Source of the DNA: Lytechinus pictus
Taxonomy: Eukaryota
Length of the DNA: 64,000 nt
NCBI RefSeq assembly: GCF_037042905.1
Contig: NC_087259.1
Coordinates: 22,010,001-22,074,000 of the forward strand
Direction: 5' to 3'
Shown here: piece after piece, positions 14,701 through 29,700 of the stretch
Numbering within the stretch: the first letter of the stretch is position 1
Layout: each line of letters begins with the position of its first letter
The notes under the pieces: generated by a model
What the model was told of the DNA's origin: nothing
Databases searched by the model: none
Seen by the model: the letters and a program-made list of their open reading frames with translations, nothing else
Made by a program: the position numbers and the translations under genes

Positions 14701-17700
14701 TTAACAGTATATGGGACCACACCAATGCATAAGAAACATCACACACACTCAAGAGTGCGCGCTTGAGTGTTTGGAGTACTTAATCTTTTCCTTTCACCTC
14801 CAAAGAACATGTTGTTGCTCCAGTTTGTTATATCAATGTTATTGTTATGAAGAAATATTCTTGATCTATGATATGTGCTCTGTCATTGCATTGATTAATG
14901 CATTGATTGACTTTTTAGTTTTTTTTAATTTGTAAAATGAATTATTCATAATGAATTTATATTTCGTTAAAAACTATTGTAGTTTGAAAACTAGCCGAAT
15001 TATCCCTAAATGAACCTGGAATTTCTCGCATTGATAATGATTATTAATTTGATTAAATAAATAGGTTATTTAATGGTGAAAAGATATTTTGTCTGTTTTG
15101 TGAAGGATGCTTTACATTTTTTTTATTTTTTAGAATGAATCTTTGACAAAGGAGAAGACACATCTTTTATCAATACAAGAAGAGTTGCATCATCAGATTA
15201 ACATCCTGGAAGAAAGTCAAGGTGAGGGAATTTTAGAATGCGTTTAAGAGAATAAATTCTGTATGAACACATTAACTTACTGTGTTATTCATTTTGTTCA
15301 TAAGATTATCTCCTAAGTTGTTTCTGGTTTGTTTGTTTTAAGCCCTGCGGTGTATTCTTTTATTGTGATCATGATGATGGTGTAGTAGTATCAGTAGTAG
15401 TAATTGTTCTTATGATAGTGATTACAATAATGAATATGATTATAATAATGATGATGGTGTAGTAGTATCAGTAGTAGTAATTGTTCTTATGACAGTGATT
15501 ATAATAATGAATATGATTATAATAATGATGATGATGATGGTGTAGTAGTATCAGTAGTAGTAATTGTTCTTATGACAGTGATTATAATAATTATGATGAT
15601 GATGGTGGTGTAGTAGTATCAGTAGTAGTAATTGTTCTTATGACAGTGATTATAATAATGATGATGATTATAATAATGATAATAATGATGATGATGATGG
15701 TGTAGTAGTATCAGTAGTAGTAATTGTTCTTATGACAGTGATTATAATAATGATGATGATTATAATAATGATAATAATGATGATGATGATGGTGTAGTAG
15801 TATCAGTAGTAGTAATTGTTCTTATGACAGTGATTATAATAATGATGATGATTATAATGATGATGATGATGGTGTAGTAGTATTAGTAGTAGTAATTGTT
15901 CTTATGACAGTGATTATAATAATGATGATGATTATAATAATGATGATGATGATGGTGTAGTAGTATCAGTAGTAGTAATTGTTCTTATGACAGTGATTAT
16001 AATAATGATGATGATGATGGTGGTGTAGTAGTATCAGTAGTAGTAATTGTTCTTATGACAGTGATTATAATAATGATGATGATTATAATAATGATAATAA
16101 TGATGATGATGATGGTGTAATAGTATCAGTAGTAGTAATTGTTCTTATGACAGTGATTATAATAATGATGATGATTATAATAATGATGATGATGATGGTG
16201 TAGTAGTATTAGTAGTAGTAATTGTTCTTATGACAGTGATTATAATAATGATGATGATTATAATATGATGATGATGGTGTAGTAGTATCAGTAGTAGTAA
16301 TTGTTCTTATGACAGTGATTATAATAATGATGATGATGATGGTGGTGTAGTAGTATCAGTAGTAGTAATTGTTCTTATGACAGTGATTATAATAATGATG
16401 ATGATTATAATAATGATAATAATGATGATGATGATGGTGTAGACATGTAGTAGTATCAGTAGTAGTAATTGTTCTTATGACAGTGATTATAATAATGATG
16501 ATGATTATAATAATGATGATGATGATGGTGTAGTAGTATTAGTAGTAGTAATTGTTCTTATGACAGTGATTATAATAATGATGATGATTATAATGATGAT
16601 GATGATGGTGTAGTAGTATCAGTAGTAGTAATTGTTCTTATGACAGTGATTATAATAATGATGATGATTATAATAATGATGATGATGCTGGTGTAGTAGT
16701 ATCAGTAGTAGTAATTGGTCTTATGACAGTGATTATAATAATGAATATGATTATAATAATGATGATGATGATGGTGTAGTAGTATCAGTAGTAGTAATTG
16801 TTCTTATGACAGTGATTATAATAATGATGATGATTATAATAATGATGATGATGATGGTGTAGTAGTATCAGTAGTAGTAATTGTTCTTATGACAGTGATT
16901 ATGATAATGATGATGATTATAATAATGATGATGATGATGGTGTAGTAGTATCAGTAGTAGTAATTGTTCTTATGACAGTGATTATGATAATGATGATGAT
17001 GATGGTGTAGTAGTATCAGTAGTAGTAATTGGTCTCATGACAGTGATTATAATAATGAATATGATTATAATAATGATGATGATGATGGTGTAGTAGTATT
17101 AGTAGTAGTAATTGTTCTTATGACAGTGATTATAATAATGAATATGATTATTATAATGATGATGATGATGGTGTAGTAGTATTAGTAGTAGTAATTGTTC
17201 TTATGACAGTGATTATAATAATGAATATGATTATAATAATGATGATGATGATGGTGTAGTAGTATTAGTAGTAGTAATTGTTCTTATGACAGTGATTATA
17301 ATAATGAATATGATTATAATAATGATGATAATGATATTACCTTTGGGAATAACCCTTATTAGGCCTTTGGCCTTTGTCAATTCCCACCACATTATGATTC
17401 CAAACTGAATATGTTTCATTTTAATGTTTTTTATTGTATATATCTATCTGCATATGAATTTGTACTTGTGTTTTTAATCAGATGTGGAAATAAATTTGAA
17501 TTGAATTGAAAAAAATTGAATATTTGTAGTGATATTAAAAATGATGCTGATAATGGTAATGTAGTAATAAGGATAATGATAATTAAAATAATCAAGATAA
17601 CGGTAGCAACAACAAAAATGTTGCTATCTCTGACAACTATATCGGCATTAGTAATTGTGACTTGTTCTGATTCTGACAAGATGTGATGTTATTTCTTGCA

Positions 17701-20700
17701 GCCGAGCAGATGAATGATGATGTAAGTGTGAGCAGTGTTAGCCAGGAAGAAGTCATCAGGCTGGAACAAAGACTAGCTACGGTGACAGAAGAAAAAGAAG
17801 TAATGCATTCCCAGTATCAAGCTTTGGTAAGTCAATCCTGGAATGTTTGTCTCCCCAGTTGAATGCTGGTATTTTGTGATTATAAATAATAATGAAAATT
17901 ACTACAAGTGTTATGATAATGGTGATAATGATAATATTTTGAATTCTACATGAAACCATTATGTCATCGTTAAATGTAATCTGGAAAGTATACTTCTAAT
18001 TTTTGAGTACTTTCTCACCTTTCACAGACCTATTCTTGTACTTGAATTTCTTTTATTAAATCTATTTAGTATCACTGTAGAGTTGACTTTAATTAAGGGT
18101 TGTTGTATATTGGGTACTTTTTAGTCTGGGTTACTGTCATGATTGTTAACATCATACTCATTATCATCACCATCACCAACGTCATCACTACCAACATCAT
18201 TATCATCATCACCAACATCTTTATCATCATCATCCATCTTCAATCATCATTATCACTCTCATTATCATCATCATAAACATCATCATAATGATAATCATTA
18301 TCATTGTCGTCATCATATCACCATCGTCATCATCATTGTTATCAGCAGCAGCACCATCATCATAATCATCACTATCATCATCATCATCATAAAAATCATA
18401 ATAATCATCATCATCATCGTCTCATCATCATCATCATCATCGTCTCATCATCATTAACATCATCATAATCATTATCTTCATTTTTATCAGCAGCAGCACC
18501 ATTATCACCATCGTCTTCATCATTATCTTCATCTTATCTATATTATTATTTTTCTCCCTTGAACGTTATGTAGGTGACAGACAATGCCAACCTGAGCCGG
18601 CTCCACCAGGAGAAAGAGGACGAGGTGGAGGAGTTAAGCAGGGAGCTGAGGAGATTCAAAGAGGAGTCCGTAGACAAGGGCTCCCTCTTGGAAGGGATCC
18701 AGAGTGATAAGGCAACCATCAGCAGGGCATTGGCACAAAACAAACAACTCAAAATTCAATTGGAAGAACTTCAGACTGTATTTGTTAAAATGGTGAGAAA
18801 GGAGTATATACTACAAATTGACCTCTCAGAATGAATATGATAGAATGATATTAAAAAAAATATATATTTTTAAAAAATCAATGAGTTTGCAATAATGAAT
18901 ATATTGAAATTGGTAGTAATAGTTGATACTTGAAATATGTATTGTTATTGAATGATAATGATAATAATAATAGAAAGGAAATATTGTATTAAGTGGAAGT
19001 AATAAAGATTCAAATGAAATTTTAAATTCTTATCCATTGAAATTGAAAATAAAAGTGTATGGTAAAGTCAATGCCATATTATGGGAATAATGAGAGACAT
19101 TATGTGTAAGGGTTTTACAAAACATTTTTATATTGTTGAATGTATAAATGTAAATAATTATTATTAATATTACAGAGCCAGGATAACATGGAGCTTACAA
19201 CCCAGCTACAGTCTGAACAGCATGTTGGTAATGAACTAGGGTCAAGGCTAGGTCAACAAGAAAGTGAACTTGAGGAGACAAGGTCGAAGGTCAGCATCCC
19301 ATTTGATCATTAAATTTGGCGGAATAAATGGAAATATGTCAATTTTTGTCTCGCCTGCATAGCAGAGCGAGACTATAGGCGCCGCTTTTCCGACGGCGGC
19401 GGCGGCGGCGTCAACATCAAATCTTAACCTAAGGTTAAGTTTTTGAAATGACATCATAACTTAGAAAGTATATGGACCTAGTTCATGAAACTTGGACATA
19501 AGGTTAATCAAGTATTACTAAACATCCTGCCTGAGTTTCAGGTCACATGACCAAGGTCAAAGGTCATTTAGGGTCAATGAACTTTGACCATGTTGGGAGA
19601 ATTATTTTCAAAATCTTAACCGAAGGTTAAGTTTTTGAAATGACATCATAACTTAGAAAGTATATGGACCTAGTTCATGTAACTTAGGCATAAGGTTAAT
19701 CAAGTATTAGTGAACATCCTTTCAGGTCACGTGACCAAGGTCAAAGGTCATTTAGGGTCAATGAACTTTGGTCAAGTTGGGGGTATTTGTTGAATTACTA
19801 TCATAACTTTGAAAATTTATGGATCTAGTTCATGAAACTTGGACATAAGTTTAATCAAGTATTAGCAAACATCATGTGCGAGTTTCAGGTCACATGACCA
19901 TGGTCAATGGTCATTTAAGGTCAATGAAATTTGGCCGTGTTGGGGGTATTTGTTAAATTACCATCCTAACTCTGAAAGTTTACGGATTTAGTTCATAAAA
20001 CTTGGACATAAGAGTAATCAAGTATCACTGAACATCCTGTACGAGTTTCAGGTCACATGACCATGGTCAAAGGTCATTAAAGGTCAATGAACTTTGGCCG
20101 TGTTGGGGGTATTTGTTAAATTACCATCCTAACTCTGAAAGTTTATGGATCTAGTTCATAAAACTTGGGATATAAGAGTAATCAAGTATCACTGAACATC
20201 CCCTGTGAGTTTCAGGTCACAAAACCAAGGTCAAAGGTCAGTTAAGGTCAATAAACTTAGGCCATGTTGGGGTAATTGTTGAATTGCCATCATAACTTTG
20301 AAAGTTTATAGATAGAGTGATTGAAATGTGGACATGGATGTAGTTGACAAGTCTTAAGTCACCGTTCAAATGTCATTTATGGTCAATGAACGTGGTATTA
20401 TGTCATTATATGAATGGAGTTTTTGTGAATGATTATTTTATAGTAGTTTTCAAAGTTAGCACTGCTGCTATATTAAATCGCGTAATGCAGGCGAGACTGC
20501 CAGAGGCGTTCCACTTGTTTTCTTTCTTTCTTTTTTTTGCAAAGATTTGTTGTTACTATGATATATTTATGAAATCAAAATTTCATTGTAAACTCTTAAC
20601 ATGCCATTGTCGCCAATAAGTCACATAAATCCAACAGAGTTACAATTCTGAAGTAGAGTTAATGCATATTTATACAGGTCGTCTGCAATCTTGCGAGTCA

Positions 20701-23700
20701 TAAACTTATGAGAAGGCATGTTTATCTCTCTTGTTGATTAATGTTGTGATATATAATTGAATTTTGCTTCCCTTTTGGTGCGACTGTTATGTGAATTAAC
20801 TTGAATTGAAAATAATGAGATTGTATTCAGTAAATTACATTTATAATTTATTACATCAAATTTATGTGTAGTAAATGTTTATTAATATTCTGAATATATA
20901 TTTAAGATGTATTAGCAAAATGGTATGGAATTACAAGTTTGTTTGCCTAATGAACAGTTTGCCTCTCTAGGGCCTTTGGGGTATGAAACCTCATTTAAAT
21001 GATAGCCATCAAATGACTATAATGACTATATAATGACTATAAAGGAAGCAGTTCTCAACAGCCAATCAAAATCAGGGATTTTTTGGGAGTTACTACAATA
21101 GTAGCTCTTATAAGGTGGGACTCCTGTAGTTTATAATTTGTAGATGTTAATTTTGTATGGAAAATCACTCTGCAGTCTGCTTGACGTGCCTTTGTACTTG
21201 CTCTTTATCCCACAGCTTGAATCTACTGAGCGAGAGTTAGAGAATGCAAAGACTCAGACGTATGAGCTTAACAAACAGCTTATGCAGCATGTGACACTGG
21301 CGGACAGAGCACAGCACTTTGAAGCTCAAGGAGGAGTCAATGAATCTCTCCGGACGGATCTTGTTCAAGCTCAGGTAGGGACAATATAAGATATAGATAT
21401 TATAATTATTTGTCTATTACATGGTAATTTCCTTATTGTGGTAATTTTTTGCCCTGACAACAAAACTTAAATTTTGTCTGTTCTTAAACAATCCATTTTA
21501 GGAGCAGCTTCAGACTCTGAGCAGTGAAAATAGCCAGCTTAGAGTAAGGATTGCTAACTTAGAGAGCTACCAACGATCATCATCAGACAATACAGATGGC
21601 GATGGTCAAAAGATGGGAAGAGAAGACATGGTAAGCATGAAGCACTTGATATTTTACCTTCAAGACAGAGAAGAAGAGAGACAGAGAGAAACAAGAGATT
21701 GAAAAGGCCAAATTAAATTTCTGTGGTATAATAGTTTGATGAAAGAATGATGTATCTATCATGGAAGTCCGTTATAGCAAATTTTATGTAGATCTGCTAC
21801 ATCAGAAATACTTCTGATTGTCCAGTTGGTTTTCAATCAAATAATCCTACCATAATATGCAAATAATGAGCTCTAGGCATTGGGAACCGGACCAAGCACC
21901 CTATCGTAATAACAATGATAATACATAAGGTTTATATATCACTGTTTCCATCTTAGTGATGTTCTCAAAGTGCTTAAGAGCCAGTTTTCAAACAAAATAC
22001 ATTCCAGGTTCAAAACTTTAATAATAAATAAATTGACGACACTCTGACACCAAGTAGTAACATACCATATTTGAATTCTGTCTTTGCAGGTTGATTCCTT
22101 GTCAGCAGCCATTAGACAACTTGAAATGGAGAGAGACAATCTCAAACAATCCTTAGATGATCAACAAGAGGAATATAAACATCTACTCAAGGAAACAGAT
22201 AAACTCAGATATGATAGCTTTGGTAAGCAAAAAAAAAGGGAATTTGGATGAATAGTAAATTTACCCATTAAATTTTCAAGTTGATTTTTCAAATTCATTT
22301 GCACATGCTGTACCTTCAGATGCCACATTCCATCCGTAATACTTCAAATATCAATTGTTTCCAAATTGCTCTAAAACCCCATTTGTTTAAATTTGCCTTC
22401 AAGTTGTTTCCTCTCATTGTCATTATTGTGTTTCTTTTATCCGTCATCTTTTCCTGCTCCATGTAATCTTTCTTATTTCCTTTTCTTAGCGCCTTGAGCG
22501 CACGATCAATGTGGATTTGGCGCTTTAGAAATAGTCTGTATTATTACCTGTATCAGACATCTGAGCTGTAATTTACAAAACAGTATTGCCCTACATTTCC
22601 TGAATATCGGAAAGGGATAGGTATATTGCTCGGTCTCTATGCGCGTATTGACTTTGCATGCAGAGACAACGCAAAATATACCTTTGTATTTTCCCTGGTC
22701 TCACATCCGGGCATTTGAGGATGCATAGAAAGAGATACGCTTCATAATGATCTGCGCAGCAACAATATACGTCATAGTAACACTGGATTCGGGCGCTGGA
22801 TATGTGTCTTATAATTACAAGTATATCATAATGGTAAAGTGCAGAGCCTGGCCTCTGATATAAACATGACACAGAAGAACCATATTCTTGAAAGAAATAT
22901 CTCAATTTCACGATTTTTGCTCTAGATGTCTGATTTGGATGATAATAAAAATATTGAAAAATATATTTTCTTTCGGGGAACATGAAATATATCGCGCTTA
23001 AAAGAACCATATTGCTCTCGTCTAAAGACTCGGGCCAATATTATTCTTTTGTGGGCAATATATTTGATGTTCCCCTCAAGGCCAGTCAATATCATACAAT
23101 TATTATTATTATTACAATGATTGTAATAATAATAGTTTTTATATAGTGCATTTCAGACCTGTAAGGACTCTCTATGTGCTTTACAGAAATAAATGATACA
23201 TTACAAATTAGAACATGTTTCATATCATGTTTCATATGAATTCAGATGGCTCAAGGGTGCAGAGTCCTGTCACCCAGGAGGCTTACGAGACCCTGGAGCT
23301 AGCCATGGAGAAACTCCAGGAGAAGTTTGTCCATGAGATGAGAGTCAGGGCGGAGCTTGATGACAGGATCCAGGAGCTGGAGCATGTGAATCTCCAGCTG
23401 GCCGGAGAAACAGAGACTATAGGTGAGTTCAGTCTTATGTCTAACGGTTCAAGGCATTCTTAGAAGTGTGAAAGCATGTCCAGACATGCTGTGATGAACT
23501 GAGTTTGAACTTTTTTATTCTTTTGGACTCTGTTTTCTTGACTTGAAAAAAAAATTGTGTCACCTGAAAGATGGATTGTAGGGCATTATGGATAAAGTAA
23601 GAATTTATTGACTTGCCTTATGATTCATCTTGATTATTTATTTATTTGAGAAAAAGCATAAATGAGTTCAATTTCAATGATTCAGTAACCTATTCTAAGA

Positions 23701-26700
23701 TTTTCCACTAGCATATAATATATTTGTTTAGTTATAAGAATAATGTTGTAGTTTCCGTTGCCAGGTTGTGGCATTCAAGTCCTACATGTATTCATTAATG
23801 TGTGAATTTCTTGTCATAAAGAATTTAAATTTCATATACTTACAGGTAAAAAATTCTTGTTTTTTCTTTATATACAGAGAATGAAAAAAAAATGGGAAAG
23901 TGTTGTAATGTGCTTTATAGAGTGATTGAGGTTTTCATTTTTGTTACAATGTCAGTGCAGAGTATACCATAAATGTAGGCTACAGATATGCATTGCTTAT
24001 TGACTTTTGCTTGCTCTGATATAGCAACAGTCTGGCTACATTTTTCATTTTGGAAGCCATCCCCGCCTAAAATAGCATAGGCTGAAAAAAAATACAGGGC
24101 TTTATAATGGAACAGATCTACATATCAAAACACGACATCTTCATTTTCTTGCAAAAAAAGTAAACACATCGTATTGCAGCAAAAGTTGAACAATTGGATG
24201 ACTTTCACAATATGATATGCCAATCTTTTTTGCTAAAATTAATAATTATGATTTATATTATTCAACATGCATATATGTAGCCTATGTTACAAATTGTATT
24301 CAAAATGCAAATATTGTTATGCTAATGTTGTTCAACATACATTTTTTCCTACAATTCAAATTTTATTCAAAATGCTAAACATTCATCAACCTACCTTAAA
24401 TCTTACAATTCAAATTTTATTCAAAATGCCAATTTTATTATGCTAATGTTATTTGACATACTTATCTTACGATACATATCTTATTCATATCTGTAGGAGA
24501 ATACATTACCTTGTATCACAACCAGAGGGATATCATGAAGAGAAGACAGGATGATAGGGAACGTTTTGTTGCTACTTTAGCAAGAGAAAAGGAAGATATG
24601 GAGGTAAGAAGGAATTCTAGATTAAAACAATTGGGAGGGGCTTCATAACCACATGATGAAATTCTATTCTAAAGGAATATTTGTCATCAGTGGCATGTCA
24701 TATCTACTAACTGGTACAAAATATGGAAGACAAAAAATAAATATTTCTAAAGAGCAGGAAAAAATTGAGAGGAAGAGTCTGGTGAAAATGAGAAAATCAG
24801 GATATGAATGTAAAAATAGAATAACAAACAGATGACCAGACCCCACGCCCCCCCCCCCCCCAAAAAAAAAGGCATATATTGATAATTTTTATTCTAGGCA
24901 TGAATGTAAAAATCCATTACTTATAAATATTTTAAGACATTATTTTAGTAAAAGTATGTGACCTTACATTTAATTGAATTTCAAAAATGTAATTAAAGTC
25001 AACTCTGAATACAAGGTAATCATAATAATGTATCAACAAGGAATATTATATTTTTTTACTGTTCTGTTATCAGGATAACTAGCCACGAATCATTAAGGGC
25101 GAAATCACAAAATTAGTCTGCATTGCTTATTTTTCAAAAGAATTGCTGGTATAAGTATGTTGTCATTTGACAACTGCACCTGCATACACAGTGAGAAGAA
25201 TCACCAGATAAACCCCTTTTCTGTTTGTGGGCTGTGTTTAAACTCTTTTATAGCTGTCTTGACACCCTTTTAAAGATTGCTACAAAATGTCACAAAAATG
25301 CATAGTTTTCTGATTATACCCATAAATCACTACAGAATGACGGAAAAAATGCATATTTCTTTTCCAATTGGAAATATTACATTTAATGGCTTCAAAGAAA
25401 AACAATAACGAAAACAAAAAAAATTTGGAAATTGATTGTGAGATAAATCAGTAAGCAATGATCATATAGGTTATTAGACTAGTGCATTGATTCACCTTGT
25501 ACTCAATGTAATCTGGATAATTAATTAATACCTGAATGAGTGCTAATCACTTTGGACTTATCAACCCCAAAGTTCAAACTTAGATCACAATGATGTAGAT
25601 AAGTTTACAGGCAACAACATCCAGGTTTTTCAAGTGGCACTCCACCCCAATGATCAAGTTGATTTGAATAAAATTTGGTAAAACTGAACAAACAAACAAA
25701 GTGAACATTTCATCAAAATCAGAGGTCAAAGTAACATCATTTATTTATCATCGCCTTTTTAGAAAAAAACATTTACAAGGTGATCTTCGAGCCATTGTTG
25801 AATGAGTTATCAAGACAAGATATTATTGTAAAAAAACCCCAAGATTACCATATTTTGGAAATATGGATACTTCCTCTTTGCATATATGACTTGACACCTT
25901 ATATAGTTATTTCATCGTTATTATTTTTATATTGTTATAATCATGATCATTTTTATCTTATGTCAAGTCCTGGTTCCATAGATAAATCAAATGCACACAT
26001 AGATTTTAATTCTGATCATATGGTAGTTTGCATAGAGAATCATTCAAGCATAATCCAAATAATTAATTGCTGTGAGACAATCATTTTGAGAGATATTCTT
26101 TAAAATCAAGGTGGATTGTTAGAAAACCTGACAAAGCTTAAGAAGCCAAACACAACATATGTTTAACCAAATAGTACTGGTATCAGCAATATGAATAAGC
26201 ACATTTTATGATGTAGGCATTTGTTTTATATTACCATTTGAAAAAAAAAAACCTGTTTAATGTTGTAATTCCTCTATTAGTCTACTAATATCAATTCAAT
26301 TTTCAATTTGAATATTTTTCCACATCTGATTATAAAGACATGTACAAATTCATATGCAGATAGATGAATACAATAATAAAACATTAAAAATAAAATGAAA
26401 CATATTCAGTTCATAATCATAATGTGGCGGGAATTGACAAAGGCTGAAGGTAATTAAATGGACATAAAATGTTTCTTAAATATACATACATTTTTAAAAA
26501 ATAACATGTTTAAAATAGTTTATATAAAGCAACAAAAAATACACACTTACACATGGCATTCAGAAATATAAATAGAATAACAAAAAGATGACCAGACCCA
26601 CCCCCCCCCCAAAAAAAAAGGCATATATTGATAACTTTTTTTCTAGGCTTCAATTTCAATTAGATATTTCTTCATTTCTGTTTTTGAAGTTCTGAGCAAT

Positions 26701-29700
26701 TACTCATATTCTTTCCAAATAATTTGGCAAGTAATATTTTTGTATACATACATGTAAAAAACACTTCATAGTTGATTTGGTTAGTTCATTATATCCTATT
26801 TGAATGTGATTATCACCATCTTACCACCAGGAAAATATTAGTGTCTATTTTTTTTTATTTTTTTTTTTGTCTATTTTTTTTTTTTTTTTTTTTGGGGGGG
26901 AGGCTTCTTTTCACAACCAACTGCCTAAATCTACAACATTGGATAAGCTTTAACATTGTAGTGAATGGGGATTTTCCAGGCCACTTTTTTTTCTAGGGCT
27001 CCATAGAGCATTTCTGAGGCAAAAATCACCCCAAACCGCCACATATATTTTCCCCTGATTACAACATTTGTGCCCTGTTACCTTAAAGATTAAATTGATT
27101 GTAAAGCATAACTATTGTTCAAGTTCATGTCAAGAATCAGTTGTAAATACATGTATCTAGTATATCTCTTTTTTGTTACATTCCCTGGAAATTATCTCTT
27201 CCTCTCTCTCTCTCTCTCTTTGGCATAGCAAAGCCAACTTCAGAAACCTTGCTGTCTATTAAAGCAGATACTCGGGAAGTAACTTTTGCAGCGCTATGCT
27301 CATCATGATCATGGGCCCATTTCATGAATACTTTTCATAACAACGAATGCACAGTTTCTATAACAGGTTTATGATCAGCCAATCAAATTGATAGATTTCA
27401 ATAGCTTTTAACTGTTCTGCAAATTTGTTATGATAACAAGTTTTATGAAATGGACCCTGAATAAATTAAAAGGAAATAATCAATGAAAATCCTGAGCAAT
27501 TCTCAGTCATGCTCTTCCGTTCTTTCTCTTTTCAGACCAAACTGACCCAGCTTCAGAACCTTGTGGTTCAGTTACTTCAAGAGAAACAGCATCTGCACCC
27601 CTACGCTCATCAGAATGACATCAAGAATGCCCTCAGTCCGCCCCGAGATCCCAGGAACGCTTTTAAGATTGAACATGCGGAAGAAGCTGAAGAAAAGATG
27701 GAGCAGTCGTCCCAGGAACAAACCACCCAAAATGGTAATACTCAATTTATTTCTTGATATAGTAGTAATCAGTAAAAGTTAAAAAAAATAGTGTAAGAGT
27801 TATAAAGTTTAGCAAAAAACAGATTTGCATTGGACTAATACATGAAATCACGTTTTTAGCAAGCTTTGATCTGACATGCGTTAACCTAATGTTGAGAACT
27901 GTTTGAACCGCATACATGTACCTGGGTGTAGCGAAGTTGGTTGCAAAAGTTGTGTAATACTTGAATCTAAAAAGTAAACAAATGACATGGCGCGAAACTT
28001 TCATATTACATTTTTTTTTGCAAAAAAATTGCACACTCAAAAGCATGTATGGGACTACACTGATCATTCAAACCAATTCAACTGTGATTTGTAATACTAG
28101 TATTATGAATGTGAGGACATTTAAATAATTTTTTTTTTCATTGGGACCATCTCTTCTTCTTTTAAAAATAACATCCTGGGAAGTATTCAAGAATATGCAA
28201 CAGTTATTTTACCTTCTCAAAAACTGTACTAAATCTTTGAATGTCCTCATATCTCATAACCTTCTACACTGATAACACCCTTGCCTATCTGAGGTTCAAC
28301 GATCACATCGTCAGAATCAACAATTCATCACAAGATCAAAAGAATTCCCTGACATGTTTGTTCAAGATATTAGAAGAGGTTACACAGTGGATTGACAGCC
28401 CTACAAGACCCTCTGTGTGTGCATTGTCAACCTGACTCCTTGGTCAAACTTTTAGTCAACGCACTTGTGATATTTACCTGTAATTCTTATTAGATTTTTT
28501 AGATTTCATTCTCATGTAATCAGTCATATATGTTTTCATGGATATGGTAGTTATTAAAATTTTATTTTGTATCACTTTATTTCAATATTCATAAAGGATC
28601 AGATCACACATAAGATAAAACAATTACATAGTAGTTTACAGTGTTTCATCAACATTTTCATCCGACAAGTTGTCAGATCTGACATCTTTCTCTGATGTTG
28701 ATTGGCTGAGAGGTACTGTTACTATGGTAACTGTCGGATAAGATGGGACTTGTCGGATAAAACGTCCGACAAGTCCTTTCATGAAACGCCCCCCTGGTCC
28801 TGGCTTATTACCTGCCGAGGCAGGACATACAGTATAGAACATAATGCAAGATACAAAAGAGAACAGAATAATATATCATAGCAAAGATCTTGGTTGCGAT
28901 TAATCTCGTAATAAATTCTTATATTCTATAGTCAAAATTATTAGTAATAATGTAGTAGTTGTTCTTTGTTACTAAGAATAGAAAATTGTAATTCTTATTT
29001 ATCAAACTTAACCGAAAGATATCTATAATTCTCATTGAATCAGTCATGTATTTTTTCATGGTATCATCAAGTATGATTCTCGATTAAAGACTAAAGATAG
29101 AGAAGGCGATTTTAGTTCTTAGAATAACCTGAATTCCATCAAAAAATGAATGAACTAGATATTCTAAATAAATTGAAAATTTAGTGCACCTTTGGTCTGG
29201 CTTGTGGTTCAAAAAATCTTGCTTTTCATTTAAATTTAATTACTCTCAATTTATGTTTATTTGCAAGCTATAGTTCATGATTCATTTTGTACATTGAAAA
29301 ATGGACACTATAAAAATGAACATCAAAATATAATAACATGCATCTCCATTCTACTTTAATTCAATACGAAAAAAAACCAGTCATATGGCTACAGGTGATT
29401 AGTAAATAAGTACAAAAATTATAGTTTTGGGTTATCATGTATTATTTTATCTCAGAGATAATTTTGATTCAACACCAATTAAGAAGTATATCAATCTAAC
29501 TAACATAAGCAAAGCTGTTCTTCAAGGAGACAGATTGATTCTAAAATGTCAATACCAATAATTAGTTCCCCCAAAGTCTAAAATTGTCCTTGTAAGTTAA
29601 AAAAAAGTAACTGAAAATTGTTACTTCATTCCTTGGACATGAGGGAGAACAGATACCAAATAGCATGTTTTATCTCCAATTTATCTTGAACTTTATATTT

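Noticed and set aside
17231-18457. Ile/His/Ser-rich ORFs
   Set aside because: Translations of (CAT)/(GAT) repeats
28241-28435. Possible extra GOLGA2 exon
   Set aside because: The flanking exons already join in phase, and no convincing splice pair or GM130 similarity is present
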